A stretch of 64,000 nt of DNA from an uncultured Gemmatimonadales bacterium (GTDB lineage Bacteria > Gemmatimonadota > Gemmatimonadetes > Gemmatimonadales > GWC2-71-9): contig CAVVKJ010000010.1 in NCBI GenBank assembly GCA_963748815.1, positions 448,001 to 512,000 of the forward strand, written 5' to 3'. Below the pieces are notes generated by a model. It searched no databases. It was not told where the DNA came from and saw only the letters and a program-made list of their open reading frames with translations. Both the position numbers and the translations under genes were made by a program. Shown in pieces: positions 43,653 to 53,773 of the stretch (position 1 is the stretch's first letter; each line of letters begins with the position of its first letter).

Positions 43653-44620
43653 GGGACGCGCACCGCCACGGTGGCCCCCATCAGGAGCTCGAGTCCGAGC
43701 AGCGCCAGACCGGCGATGGCCAGCGGCTTGGTCAATTCCTCGTAGTGCAGGTACCGCGTGATTTGCACCGGGGTCTTTTCCAGCCCGTCGATCTGCTTGA
43801 AGATGCGCGCCAGCGCCTCGCTGTCGGTCGCGCGGAAGTAGCGGCCGCCGGTCGTGGCGGCGATCTCCTTGAGCAAGGGCTCGTCGATGCGCACCGGGAG
43901 CACCTCGTACCGGAGGCCGGTTGCGCTCCGTCCCGTGGGAATCGGCGCCTCCCCCTCCGTGCCCACGCCGATGGTGTAGACGCGGATCCCGAACGACGCG
44001 GCGGTCGCCGCCGCGGTGCGCGGGTCGATGAGCCCGCGGTTGTTCTCGCCGTCGGTCAGCAGCAGCACCACCTTCGACTTTTCCGGCGCGCGGCGCAGCC
44101 GGTTCACCGCCGTGGCGAGGCCGCTGCCGATGGCGGTGCCGTCCTCCAGGCTCCCGATCCGGAGGCCCATCACCGCCTGTTCGAGCACGGGGTAGTCGAG
44201 CGTGACCGGCACCTGGGTCAGCGCCTCCGCGGCGAACGCCACGAGGCCGATCCGGTCGGCGCTCCGACCACGGATGAAGGTGATGGCCTGTGCCTTGGCC
44301 ACCTCCAGCCGGTTCGACGGGGCGAAGTCCTCGGCGTACATGCTGCTGGAGATGTCGATTGCGATGGCAATCGCGATGCCGTCCTTCTTCATCTCGATCC
44401 GGCTGCCGCCGACACGCGGCCCGGCGGCGCCGATGATAAAACAGCCGAGCGCCAGCGTGCGCAGGATCGGCGGCAGGTGCAGCCACCAGGGCGGGCCGCC
44501 CAGCGCCGCCGGCAGGGAGACGTCGCTGTACAGGAGGCCCGGAGCGCGGCGACGCCGGCGCCACCACCACCAGACGAGCGGAACGAGGAGCAGCAGGAGC
44601 AGCGGGCGGGCGAGGCTCAT
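43649..44620 (-). CDS. batA: VWA domain protein BatA
   Basis: DISSSMYAEDF, NRL, GTAIGSGL, LLTDGENN, TGGRYFRA. Confidence 0.88.
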   Translation of the reverse strand: MSLARPLLLLLLVPLVWWWWRRRRRAPGLLYSDVSLPAALGGPPWWLHLPPILRTLALGCFIIGAAGPRVGGSRIEMKKDGIAIAIAIDISSSMYAEDFAPSNRLEVAKAQAITFIRGRSADRIGLVAFAAEALTQVPVTLDYPVLEQAVMGLRIGSLEDGTAIGSGLATAVNRLRRAPEKSKVVLLLTDGENNRGLIDPRTAAATAASFGIRVYTIGVGTEGEAPIPTGRSATGLRYEVLPVRIDEPLLKEIAATTGGRYFRATDSEALARIFKQIDGLEKTPVQITRYLHYEELTKPLAIAGLALLGLELLMGATVAVRVP

Positions 44621-45363
44621 GCCGACGGACCCGCTTCAAGCCGGACGGCGAGGGCGAGCGCTGCCTCCGCACGCGGGAGCACGGCAGAGACATCCCCCGG
44701 CCCAAAGAGGGCGTCATCCAGCGCCTGCAGCAGCGCCGCGGCCTCGGGCGACGGATGCGCGCTCGAGGCGGCCCGCAATCGCGCCGCGGCGGCGGCGAGC
44801 ACGGCGCGCGGTTCCCCGGCAGTCATCCAGGCCGTGAGGGGAAGCACCGGCGGGAGGGGCGCTTCTCCGGTACTCGGCGCGGCCATTGGTCTCCCCCGCT
44901 TCCGCCACCAGAAATGCACGGGGATGAGGAGGAGCACGGCGAGGAGCAGCAGCACCAGCACCGGGACGGTCGTCTGGATCGGCCGGAGGATCGGAGCGGC
45001 CTCGGGCTGTGCATCGGGGAGCGAATCGCCGGGAAGCGTGGGGAGTACGCTGGCGATGGTGACCGTGAGCGTGGCGGGAGGAAGCGAATCGGTGGTGCCG
45101 TCGGGGGAGACCAGCACCGGCCCGGGGACTTCCACCGTGTGCGTGCCCGGAAGCCACCCGACCGCCGGATACCGGACCTCGAGCGAATCGCCGCGCCGGA
45201 TCAGCAGCCCCGGGCCCAGCGCCTCGACTGCCCCTTCGGGATTCCACGGCGCCACCCGGGCAATCCGGGCGACCGGCGCCGGAATGGTGCGCACCAGCCA
45301 GATCGTGTCGCCGACCTGGGGGAGCGGCGCCTGCTGCAGGGCCAAGAGGAGGAGGAGCGACAT
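44617..45363 (-). CDS. Membrane-anchored hypothetical protein of the bat/moxR operon
   Basis: Signal-like N-terminus, one TM; overlaps both neighbours. Confidence 0.65.
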   Translation of the reverse strand: MSLLLLLALQQAPLPQVGDTIWLVRTIPAPVARIARVAPWNPEGAVEALGPGLLIRRGDSLEVRYPAVGWLPGTHTVEVPGPVLVSPDGTTDSLPPATLTVTIASVLPTLPGDSLPDAQPEAAPILRPIQTTVPVLVLLLLAVLLLIPVHFWWRKRGRPMAAPSTGEAPLPPVLPLTAWMTAGEPRAVLAAAAARLRAASSAHPSPEAAALLQALDDALFGPGDVSAVLPRAEAALALAVRLEAGPSA

Positions 45364-46247
45364 CACCGGTGCAACCGCTTGGCGCGGAGGGCAAAGGCCC
45401 GGCGCAGCGGCAGAGCGTAGTCCTGCCCGGTGATCAACGCGACGTGGTCCACGCCCGCCGCCGCCAGGCTCCGGCGCCGCTCCTCGACCCGGCGTTCCGC
45501 GAGACTGGCCAGGCGGCCGCGCACCTCCCGGTCGCCTGCGTCGATCAGGACCCGGCGGCCCGACTCCGCGTCTTCAAGGTCGAGCCATCCCGACGCGGGA
45601 AGCGCGCGCTCTCGCGGATCATCCACCGTGACGGCGACGACTTCGTGCCGGCCGGCGAGCCGCTGCAGCGGGCGCTCCCAGTTCGTCGCCAGGAAGTCCG
45701 ACAGGATGACGACGATGCTGCGGTGGTTGAGGAGACGCACTGCATAGGTCAGGCTCGCCGCCAGGTCGGTGCTCCGCCCCGCCGGTGCAAACGCCACGAG
45801 ATCGCGGATGACCCGGAGCGCGTGACGCCGCCCTTTCCGTGGCGGAATGACCTGTTCGACCCGGTCCGAGAAGAGGAGCGCCCCGACCCGGTCGCTCTGG
45901 CGCGCCGCGGCGAGCGCCAACACGGCCGCCACCTCCGCGGCGAGTCCCGCCTTGGTGCGCGGCTCCCCGAACCGGGTGGAGCCGGAGTGGTCCACCACGA
46001 GGAGCACGGTGAGCTCCCGTTCCTCGGTGAAGGTCTTGACGTAGGGGCTGCCGAGGCGGGCGGACACGTTCCAGTCGATGGTGCGGTAGTCGTCGCCGAT
46101 TTCATAGGCGCGCACTTCGGCGAACTCCATCCCCTGCCCGCGGAAGGTGGAGCGATACTCGCCGGCAAAGAGCGAGGACACGAGCCCGCGGGTGCGGAGC
46201 TCGATCGTCTTGACTTGCTTGAGGACTTCCTGGGACACCAGCGTCAT
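45363..46247 (-). CDS. DUF58 domain protein
   Basis: GEYRSTFRGQGMEFAEVRAYEIGDD..IDWNVSAR, EEREL, SDF. Confidence 0.92.
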   Translation of the reverse strand: MTLVSQEVLKQVKTIELRTRGLVSSLFAGEYRSTFRGQGMEFAEVRAYEIGDDYRTIDWNVSARLGSPYVKTFTEERELTVLLVVDHSGSTRFGEPRTKAGLAAEVAAVLALAAARQSDRVGALLFSDRVEQVIPPRKGRRHALRVIRDLVAFAPAGRSTDLAASLTYAVRLLNHRSIVVILSDFLATNWERPLQRLAGRHEVVAVTVDDPRERALPASGWLDLEDAESGRRVLIDAGDREVRGRLASLAERRVEERRRSLAAAGVDHVALITGQDYALPLRRAFALRAKRLHR

Positions 46248-46281
46248 GTCGGGAGGCGCCTCCAGGCGGGGGCGCCGGACA

Positions 46282-47262
46282 TCACGGGACGGGAACGGCG
46301 GCGAGGACGCGCTGGATGACCACGTCGGCGTCCACGTCCTCGGCTTCCGCTTCAAAGGTCAGGACGATGCGATGCCGGAGCACGTCCGGGGCGAGCGCGC
46401 GGACGTCTTCGGGGACCACGTAGGAGCGGCCGCGGAGGAAGGCATGGGCGCGGGCCGCCTGCGCCAGGGCGATGGAGGCGCGTGGCGAGGCGCCGAAGGC
46501 GATCAGCGGCTTCAGCTCGGACAGCCCCACCGACGCGGGCTCGCGCGTGGCCCGCACCACGTCGACCAGGTAGTCGAGCACCTTCTGGTCGGCGTAGAGC
46601 GAGGCGATTTCGGCGCGGGCCGCCATGATGCCGGCCGGGTCGAGGAGCTTCCGCACCGGGATCGGCGCGCCGCCGGCCATCCGGAGGAGGATCTCCCGCT
46701 CCTCGTCGCGCGTCGGGTACCCCACCCGCACCTTCAGCATGAACCGGTCGAGCTGCGCTTCGGGCAAGGGGTAGGTGCCCTCGTTCTCGATCGGATTCTG
46801 CGTCGCCAGCACGAGGAACGGTTCGGTCAGGTGGAAGGTGGCGCCGCCGATGGTGACCTGCTTCTCCTGCATCGCCTCGAGGAGCGCCGACTGCACCTTG
46901 GCGGGGGCGCGGTTGATTTCGTCGGCCAGGATGATCTGGGCGAACAACGGCCCCTTCTTGACCCGGAACTCCTGGTTCTTCTGGTCGAAGACCATCGTTC
47001 CGATGACGTCCGCCGGCAGGAGGTCCGGCGTGAACTGGATCCGCGAAAAGGTGGCGGAGATGATCTCGGACAGGGAGCGGACGGCGAGCGTCTTGGCCAG
47101 GCCCGGGACCCCTTCGAGCAGCACGTGACCGCCGGTCAGGAGCCCGATGAGCAACCGCTCGATCATCAGGTCCTGTCCGACGATGCGAAGCCCGACCTCC
47201 TTGACGACGAGGGGAAGGCGTTCGGAAATCGGGCTGGGGGTGGGCGCCTGCGGTGCGGTCAT
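46282..47262 (-). CDS. moxR: MoxR-family AAA+ ATPase
   Basis: EGVPGLAKT, RIQFTPDLLPAD, DEINRAPAKVQSALLEAMQE, ATQNPIE, PEAQLDRF. Confidence 0.95.
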   Translation of the reverse strand: MTAPQAPTPSPISERLPLVVKEVGLRIVGQDLMIERLLIGLLTGGHVLLEGVPGLAKTLAVRSLSEIISATFSRIQFTPDLLPADVIGTMVFDQKNQEFRVKKGPLFAQIILADEINRAPAKVQSALLEAMQEKQVTIGGATFHLTEPFLVLATQNPIENEGTYPLPEAQLDRFMLKVRVGYPTRDEEREILLRMAGGAPIPVRKLLDPAGIMAARAEIASLYADQKVLDYLVDVVRATREPASVGLSELKPLIAFGASPRASIALAQAARAHAFLRGRSYVVPEDVRALAPDVLRHRIVLTFEAEAEDVDADVVIQRVLAAVPVP

Positions 47263-47305
47263 GCGTGCTCCTCCGGAGGGTGGTCCGTGCGGCCGGGAGT
47301 CCCGG

Positions 47306-48037
47306 TCAGTCGCCGGACGGGTCGAGCCGAATCGTCTTGTAGATTGCCGCCTCCTCGCGGGGCGTCAGGGGCCGCGACCGCCCGACGGGCAGGTCGCCGA
47401 GGCGGACCGGTCCGTAGGAGAGCCGGGCCAGGCGCTCGACCTTGAGCCCCATTTCCTCGCACCAGCGGCGCACGATGCGGTTGCGGCCCTCGGTCAGGGT
47501 CACGTCGAGGATGCAGCGGCCTTCCTTGCCGGGCCGGACGCGCACGTCACCGGCCACCACCGGCCGGCCATCGACCACCACGCGCTCGCGCACCAGTTTC
47601 TCGAGTTCGGCGGCCGAGCGGCCGTGGACCAGCGCCGTGTAGCGCCGGGGCACCCGGTACTTCGGGTGCGTCAGCCGGTGCACCGCCTCGCCGTCGGTGG
47701 TGAGCAGCAGGAGGCCGGTGGTCATCACGTCCAGCCGCCCGACGTAGGTGAGGCCGGCCGGGTCGTTGATGAATTCCAGGACGTTGCGCCGCCCCTGCTC
47801 GTCGCTGGCGGTCGTCACGACCCCGAGCGGCTTGTGGAAGGCGAGCCAGCGGCGGGAGACGACCTTCACCGCCTTGCCGCCGACCGTGATCTTCTGGCGA
47901 TCGGGATCGACCTTGCTGCCGAGTTCGGCCACCCTCCCGTCCACCCGTACGCGGCCCGCCCGGATTAGTTCCTCCGCGGCGCGGCGCGACGCGATGCCGG
48001 CGCGGGCGAGCGCGCGCTGCAGGCGCATTTCGCTCAC
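47306..48037 (-). CDS. rluB: rRNA pseudouridine synthase (RluB/RsuA family)
   Basis: S4 domain RLQRALARAGIASRR, VGRLD, EGRNRIVRR; follows scpAB. Confidence 0.85.
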   Translation of the reverse strand: MSEMRLQRALARAGIASRRAAEELIRAGRVRVDGRVAELGSKVDPDRQKITVGGKAVKVVSRRWLAFHKPLGVVTTASDEQGRRNVLEFINDPAGLTYVGRLDVMTTGLLLLTTDGEAVHRLTHPKYRVPRRYTALVHGRSAAELEKLVRERVVVDGRPVVAGDVRVRPGKEGRCILDVTLTEGRNRIVRRWCEEMGLKVERLARLSYGPVRLGDLPVGRSRPLTPREEAAIYKTIRLDPSGD

Positions 48038-48618
48038 GATTCGGCCGGGACGTAGGCGGCGGCGTCTTCGTCGTCGGTGGAGAGCGGCCGGGGCGGCTGG
48101 ATGGCGATGCTCAGTTCCTCGGCGCGCGGCAGGTCGGTCAGGTCCTTCAGGCCGAGGAGTTCGAGGAACATCGGCGACGTGCCGTACAGCAGCGGCCGTC
48201 CGAGCGCCTCGCTCCGCCCCACCACCTCGATGAGCCCGCGTTCCTGCAGCGACCGGAGGACGCCGCCGGCCGAGACCCCGCGGATTTCCTCGATTTCACT
48301 CCGGCCGACCGGCTGGCGGTAGGCGATGATGCTGAGGGTCTCGAGCGCCGCCGCGGTCAGCCTGGAGGCGCGGGCGGTGAACTGGGCGCGCTCGAGCGCC
48401 TGGGCAAAGGCCGGCCGGGTGAGCAGCTGGAACCCACCGGCCATTTCCACCAGCTCGATGGCGTGCTGGCTGAAGTCGTACACCTCGCGCAGCTGCTCGA
48501 GCGCGGTGCGCACATCCGCGAGCGACGCGTCGGCGTCGAGCACGGTGAGTTCCTCCGCGGTCAGCGGGCGCGCGGCGGCGAAGAGCGCCGCTTCAATCAA
48601 CTGGGCGAGAGGCGTCAC
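48034..48618 (-). CDS. scpB: SMC-Scp complex subunit ScpB
   Basis: IEAALFA, LETLSIIAYRQP, IEEIRGV, GRPLLYGT. Confidence 0.95.
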   Translation of the reverse strand: MTPLAQLIEAALFAAARPLTAEELTVLDADASLADVRTALEQLREVYDFSQHAIELVEMAGGFQLLTRPAFAQALERAQFTARASRLTAAALETLSIIAYRQPVGRSEIEEIRGVSAGGVLRSLQERGLIEVVGRSEALGRPLLYGTSPMFLELLGLKDLTDLPRAEELSIAIQPPRPLSTDDEDAAAYVPAES

Positions 48619-49357
48619 GGCGAATCACCATAGGCGCGAACGGGGCCGCCTGGGTCAGGGAAACAGCGCCGCGCCGCGCCAGTTCGAGCAGCGCGAGGAG
48701 CGTCGAGAGGACGTCGGTGATGGTCGGCTCCGGCCCGAGGGCCTCCCGCCAGCCGAACTCCTCCCGGTCCGCGAGGAGGGCGGTGAGGCGTCGGGTGGCC
48801 CCTTCGACGTCGAGCGGCCGGGCGACGACCCGGTGCAGCACCGGCGAGGGGATGCCCTCGATGACCCGCGCGACCGCCTCGAGCAATTCGAGGAGGTCGA
48901 CCTGGAGCGGCGGCGGCGGGAGGGCCGGCGGCGCCGGGAGGAATCCGCGGGCGTACTGGTCGGCGCGGCGTTCCGCCGCCCGACCGAGCCAGAGCGCCAC
49001 TTCACGAATTTGCTGGTACTCAAGCAACCGGCGGACCAGTTCGGCGCGCGGATCCTCCCAGCCGTCTTCCTCGCTCCGCCGCGGCAGCAGCATCTGCGCC
49101 TTCAGCCGCAGGAGCCGCCCGGCCATCTCGAGGTAGTCGGCCGCCTGGTTCAGCCCGAGATCGTGGATGACCAGGAGAAACTGGTCCGCGATTCTGGCGA
49201 TCGGGATGTCGGCGATCTCGAGTTCCTCTTCCCGCAGCAGGTGCAGGAGGAGGTCCAGGGGACCCGAGAAGGCCTCGAGTTCGACCACGAAGGCCGGCGA
49301 GGCTCCCAACGCCGACGTCGGCGGCTCAGGCAGGGTGAGGGCGGCAGGCTGTTCCAA
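48593..49357 (-). CDS. scpA: Segregation/condensation protein ScpA
   Basis: FSGPLDLLLHL, KAQMLLP, DPRAELVRRLLEY, LALLEL. Start uncertain. Confidence 0.92.
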   Translation of the reverse strand: MEQPAALTLPEPPTSALGASPAFVVELEAFSGPLDLLLHLLREEELEIADIPIARIADQFLLVIHDLGLNQAADYLEMAGRLLRLKAQMLLPRRSEEDGWEDPRAELVRRLLEYQQIREVALWLGRAAERRADQYARGFLPAPPALPPPPLQVDLLELLEAVARVIEGIPSPVLHRVVARPLDVEGATRRLTALLADREEFGWREALGPEPTITDVLSTLLALLELARRGAVSLTQAAPFAPMVIRRDASRPVD

Positions 49358-49415
49358 CCGTCGTCCGGATCGAGGGTGGGGTGGACCGGGTGTGGCGCCA
49401 CTGGCGGCGCGCGGA

Positions 49416-49486
49416 ACAATACACCCCGGCCGGAAGCAAGTCAAAGCACCGTGCCGCTTGACCTTGCGCAGCAGCCCGGCTAGTAT
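49416..49486. promoter_or_regulatory. Divergent sigma70-type promoters (scpA and rpsT)
   Basis: Minus: TTGACT(49444-39)-N17-TATTGT(49421-16). Plus: TTGACC(49458-63)-N17-TAGTAT(49481-86). Confidence 0.7.
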
Positions 49487-49548
49487 TGTGGCTTGCTCCT
49501 GATGGGGGGGATGGGCCCTCCCGCCGTACCGACTCAGAGAGGTCCGCT

Positions 49549-49803
49549 GTGCCCCGCATCAAGTCCGCCAAGAAGCGCATGCGCCAGACCAAGGTTCGCA
49601 CTGCCCGGAACAAGTCCCAGCGGAGCCAGCTGCGCACCTCCGTCAAGAACGTCCGCACCGCCACCACCAAGGCCGAGGCCACCAAGGCCCTCGCCGAGGC
49701 GGCGAGCCTGCTCGATCGCGCCGGACGAAAGAACCTGGTGCACCCGCGGACGGCCGCGCGCCAGAAGAGCCGTCTCGCCAAGGCCGTGAACGCCAAGGCG
49801 TAG
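49549..49803 (+). CDS. rpsT: 30S ribosomal protein S20
   Basis: PRIKSAKKRMRQ...LDRA...HPRTAARQKSRL; GAGG SD. Confidence 0.96.
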   Translation: MPRIKSAKKRMRQTKVRTARNKSQRSQLRTSVKNVRTATTKAEATKALAEAASLLDRAGRKNLVHPRTAARQKSRLAKAVNAKA

Positions 49804-49828
49804 CCCGCCGGCTGATCGCATCAACGAC

Positions 49829-49857
49829 ACGGGGCCCGGCATCTTGCCGGGCCCCGT
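49829..49857. terminator. Terminator hairpin between rpsT and the convergent gene
   Basis: ACGGGGCCCGGCA-TCT-TGCCGGGCCCCGT. Confidence 0.7.
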
Positions 49858-49881
49858 TGTGCGTGCGGTGGACCGGCGCGG

Positions 49882-50808
49882 CTAGAGCGCGGCCAGTTCC
49901 GCGCCGCAGCGCTCGCAGTACCACTCCGTCGGCCGGTTGAGCGTCCCGCATTCTCCGCACTTCAGCGTCTTCGGCGTCGCGGCCTGGCTCGGTCGCTCCA
50001 GTCCCGCGCCCGGCTTCGGCGGCTCCTCCGACGGCGGCGCGCCCGCGCCGCTCTGGCGCGGCGTCGCCCCGCTGCCGCGGGGGGTCACCGGCTGTTCGTC
50101 CGCCATCGACTTGATGAACGCGAGGTCGTCAGGCGAGGGCTCGGGGCGAGACGGAAATGGAATGGTGCGCGGCGTCGACGGCTCGGACGTCCGCCCGCTC
50201 GTCCTCGGTGTGAAGCGGGGGGCGCTGGGGATCACGGGGGCGACCGGTTCGGCCGGAGCCTCCGCCATCGGAATCAGCGGCTCCCAGTCTTCCGCCTCGC
50301 TCGCTTCCTCCACCACCGGCGCCGCCGGCTCAGGCGCGGGCTCCTCCTCCGCTTCCTCGGGCTCCTCCGGGGCGGCCGCGATGAGCGCCTGGACCTCGCC
50401 CAGCCGGGTGATCTCGTCGCTCACGCGGGCGAGTTCCTCCCGGACGTCGATGAGGACCCGTTCGCTCCCGCCGCGCACACGCTCCCACTCCGCCTCTTCG
50501 TACTCCCCCACCGCGTGCCGCAACTCCGCCTCCGCCAGCGTTTCCTGCGCCTTCGCCTCCTGGGTGGCCAGGTCGTCCTGGCGCACGCGGAGAGTGGCCA
50601 GCTGCTCGGCGACCGATTCGGCGTGGGTACGCAACTGCTCGATGACCTGCTCGAGGCGCGCCGCATAGTCGCCGCGAATCTTGTCCCGCACCGCCGCCGG
50701 CGCATCCGATCCCGTCGAGTCGAGCCGCGTCAGCCAGGTCTGGAACCGCGCGCGCTCCTCGAGGAGGGCGTCGATCGGGTTGTCGGATTTGGGGGTCGAT
50801 TTCGCCAT
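49882..50808 (-). CDS. Coiled-coil protein with Pro-rich linker and C-terminal zinc ribbon
   Basis: Long helical N-terminus; C-terminal CGECGTLNRPTEWYCERCG. Confidence 0.8.
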   Translation of the reverse strand: MAKSTPKSDNPIDALLEERARFQTWLTRLDSTGSDAPAAVRDKIRGDYAARLEQVIEQLRTHAESVAEQLATLRVRQDDLATQEAKAQETLAEAELRHAVGEYEEAEWERVRGGSERVLIDVREELARVSDEITRLGEVQALIAAAPEEPEEAEEEPAPEPAAPVVEEASEAEDWEPLIPMAEAPAEPVAPVIPSAPRFTPRTSGRTSEPSTPRTIPFPSRPEPSPDDLAFIKSMADEQPVTPRGSGATPRQSGAGAPPSEEPPKPGAGLERPSQAATPKTLKCGECGTLNRPTEWYCERCGAELAAL

Positions 50809-50948
50809 GGTCGGACTTCCCTCTCGTGACGGCGGACGCCAGGTCGGCTGGCGGCACGGCGGACGGGCGCAACATGCGCCGAAGGGCGCTTCTGCCAAAT
50901 GTAACGTGGTACTTGGCGGGGGGAACCCCGCCGGAGCGCCCAGGCGGG

Positions 50949-52239
50949 TTATCCGCCCCGGATGTCGAAGACGATCCGGCCCCGCACCACCGTCTGGTGG
51001 GTTCGGCCGACCAGCTCGGCGCCCGCATACGGGGTGTTACGGCTCTTGGAGAAGAAACTCCCCGGCTGCACGACCCAGCGCTCCGCGGGGTCGAAGACCA
51101 CCACGTCGGCGGGCGCCCCGACGGCCAGCGTGCCGCCGGGCAGATTGAAGATCCGCGCCGCCTGCGTGCTCATCCGGTTGATCAGCTCCGGCAGCGAGAG
51201 CACGCCGGGCTCGACCAGGTCACGCATCGCCACGCCAAGGGCCGTCTCCAGCCCGATGATCCCGTTCGGCGCGTGGTCGAACTCCCGTTCCTTGGCGTCG
51301 TAGTGGTGCGGGGCGTGGTCGCTGGCGATGACGTCGATCGTCCCGTCCTTGAGGCCCTGCCGGATCGCCTCGACGTCCTCCGCCTCGCGCAGCGGCGGGA
51401 TTCATCTTGGCGTTGGTGTCGTACCCCGCGCACCGTTCGTGCGTCAGCGAAAAGTGGTGCGGGGTCGCCTCGGCGGTGACCCGGATGCCCTGCTCCTTGC
51501 CCCGCCGGATGAGCTCGACCGAGCCGCGCGTCGACATGTGGCAGAGATGCACGTGCCCGCCCGTCAGCTCGGCGAGGATGATGTCCCGCGCCACCATGAT
51601 CTCCTCGGCGGCGGCGGGAATCCCCTTGAGGCCGAGGCGGGTGCTGACGAGCCCTTCGTGCATCGCGCCGCCCTGTGCCAGGCTCATCTCCTCGCAGTGA
51701 TTGGCCACGGGGATGCCGAAGGTGCGGGCGTACTCCAGGGCGGTCCGCATCATGTGGCTGGAGGCGACCGGCTTCCCGTCGTCGCTCACGGCCACCGCGC
51801 CGGCGCCGACCAGCTCGCCGAACTCCGCCATCTGCTCCCCGCGCTGCCCCAGGGTCACCGCGCCGATCGGGTAGACCCGCGCCTTGCCGGCGCGCTGCGC
51901 CTGGCTCACGATGAAACCGACGGCGGCCTGGTTGTCGGTGACCGGGTCGGTGTTCGGCATGGCGCAGACGGCGGTGAAGCCCCCCGCCGCCGCCGCCATC
52001 GCGCCGGACGCGACGGTCTCCAGGTCTTCCTGGCCCGGCTCGCGCAGGTGCACGTGCAGGTCGATGAGCCCTGGCGCGACCACCTTGCCCGCGGCGTCGA
52101 TGATCGTGGCGCCGGCCGGCGCCTCCACCCCCCGCCCGACCGCCGCGATCTTGCCGTCCTCGACAAGGACGTCCGCCACCCCGTCCGTCCCGCGGGAAGG
52201 ATCGATGACGCGGCCACCACGAATCAGGATCGATGTCAC
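50949..52239 (-). CDS. pyrC: Dihydroorotase (apparent +1 frameshift near 51400)
   Basis: [17 protein letters not shown] then shifted PPLRE, SDHAPH, SKSRNTP. 1291 nt (3n+1). Confidence 0.93.
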
Positions 52240-53210
52240 GCGGCTTCCCCTCGTGCGGCGGCGGCCACCGCTCCGGTGCCGCCGGCCAGTAGATACAGGA
52301 CCGCCATCCGCACCGCCACGCCGTTGGTGACCTGCGGAAGGATGACGCTGTGCTCGCCGTCGGCCACGTCGCTGTCGATCTCGACCCCGCGGTTCATCGG
52401 CCCCGGGTGGAGGATGACGAGGTCCTTCGGCGCCCGGGCCAGCCGGTCGCGGGTGACGCCGAAGACGCGGTTGTACTCCCGGAGCGAGGGAATGAATCCC
52501 GCCTGCATCCGCTCCAGTTGCAGCCGCAGGACGTTCAGGGCGTCGGCCCAGGCGATGGCATCCTCGATGCGCGGCAGCACCGTGACGCCGAGCGCCTCGA
52601 TGTCCCGCGGCAGCAGCGACGGCGGTCCGCAGACGCCGACCTCGGCGCCCAGCTTGGTCAGCCCCCAGATGTTGCTGCGCGCCACTCGGCTGTGGAGGAT
52701 GTCGCCGCAGATGGCCACCTTCAGCCCCTCGATGCGCCCGAACTTGTCGCGCAGCGTGAGGAGGTCGAGCAGCGCCTGGGTCGGATGCTCGTGCTTCCCG
52801 TCGCCGGCGTTGATCACGTTCGACGCGATCCGGTCGCCCAGGAACTTCGCCGCCCCCGAGGAGCCGTGGCGGATGACCACCATGTCGATCCGCATCGCCT
52901 CGAGGTTGCGCGCCGTGTCGACCAGCGTCTCCCCCTTGGACACGGAGGACCCGGCCGAGGCCACGTTCACCGTGTCGGCCGACAGGCGCTTTTCGGCGAA
53001 CTCGAAGGAGATCCGGGTGCGGGTGGAGGCCTCGAAGAAGAGGTTGACGATGGTCTTGCCGCGGAGGGCCGGCACCTTCTTGATGGCCCGTTCGCTGACT
53101 TCCTTGAACGGCTCGGCGGTGTCGAGGATGAACCGGAGCTGCGCGGCGCTCAGCGTCTCGAGGCCGATGAGATCCTTCCCGAGGGCCAGCGCGGCGGCGT
53201 CAACCGACAC
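52236..53210 (-). CDS. pyrB: Aspartate carbamoyltransferase catalytic subunit
   Basis: [51 protein letters not shown]. Confidence 0.96.
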   Translation of the reverse strand: MSVDAAALALGKDLIGLETLSAAQLRFILDTAEPFKEVSERAIKKVPALRGKTIVNLFFEASTRTRISFEFAEKRLSADTVNVASAGSSVSKGETLVDTARNLEAMRIDMVVIRHGSSGAAKFLGDRIASNVINAGDGKHEHPTQALLDLLTLRDKFGRIEGLKVAICGDILHSRVARSNIWGLTKLGAEVGVCGPPSLLPRDIEALGVTVLPRIEDAIAWADALNVLRLQLERMQAGFIPSLREYNRVFGVTRDRLARAPKDLVILHPGPMNRGVEIDSDVADGEHSVILPQVTNGVAVRMAVLYLLAGGTGAVAAAARGEAA

Positions 53211-53739
53211 GGGCAAGCTCCACGGAGTCTCGGCCGTCCAGCTCGGAGACGAAGACGTCCACGCGTTCGCCGGGACCGACGCGGACCGTCTGGCCGGCGA
53301 TGTCCGGCTGGATGGGGAGTTCCCGGCCGCCCCGGTCGACGAGGACACAGAGCAGGATGCGCTGGGGCCGGCCGAAGTCGGCGAGCTCATCGAGGGCGGC
53401 GCGAATGGTCCGGCCGGTGTACAGCACGTCGTCCACGATGACGACCGTGCGGCCGTCGAGGGAGCCGGGGAGCTTGGTCTCGCCGACCACGGGGCCGACG
53501 CCGACGGTCTGCAGGTCGTCGCGGTACAGGGTGATGTCGAGCTTGCCGAGCGGCACCGGTCCACCCGCGGAGGCCTCGATCAGTCGCCCGATCCGCTCCG
53601 CGAGCTCCACCCCACGGCGCTGGATCCCGACCAGCAAAAGGCCCTCCGTTCCATGGCATCGCTCGACGATTTCAACGGCCATGCGCGCCAAGGTGCGTGC
53701 GATGGCTCGTTCATCGAGCAAAGGGGAACGTGAGGGCAT
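53200..53739 (-). CDS. pyrR: Bifunctional pyr regulator/uracil phosphoribosyltransferase PyrR
   Basis: [38 protein letters not shown]. Confidence 0.94.
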   Translation of the reverse strand: MPSRSPLLDERAIARTLARMAVEIVERCHGTEGLLLVGIQRRGVELAERIGRLIEASAGGPVPLGKLDITLYRDDLQTVGVGPVVGETKLPGSLDGRTVVIVDDVLYTGRTIRAALDELADFGRPQRILLCVLVDRGGRELPIQPDIAGQTVRVGPGERVDVFVSELDGRDSVELARVG

Positions 53740-53773
53740 CGAACGGCAAAACTAGCGGGGCGTGCGGGGCGAA

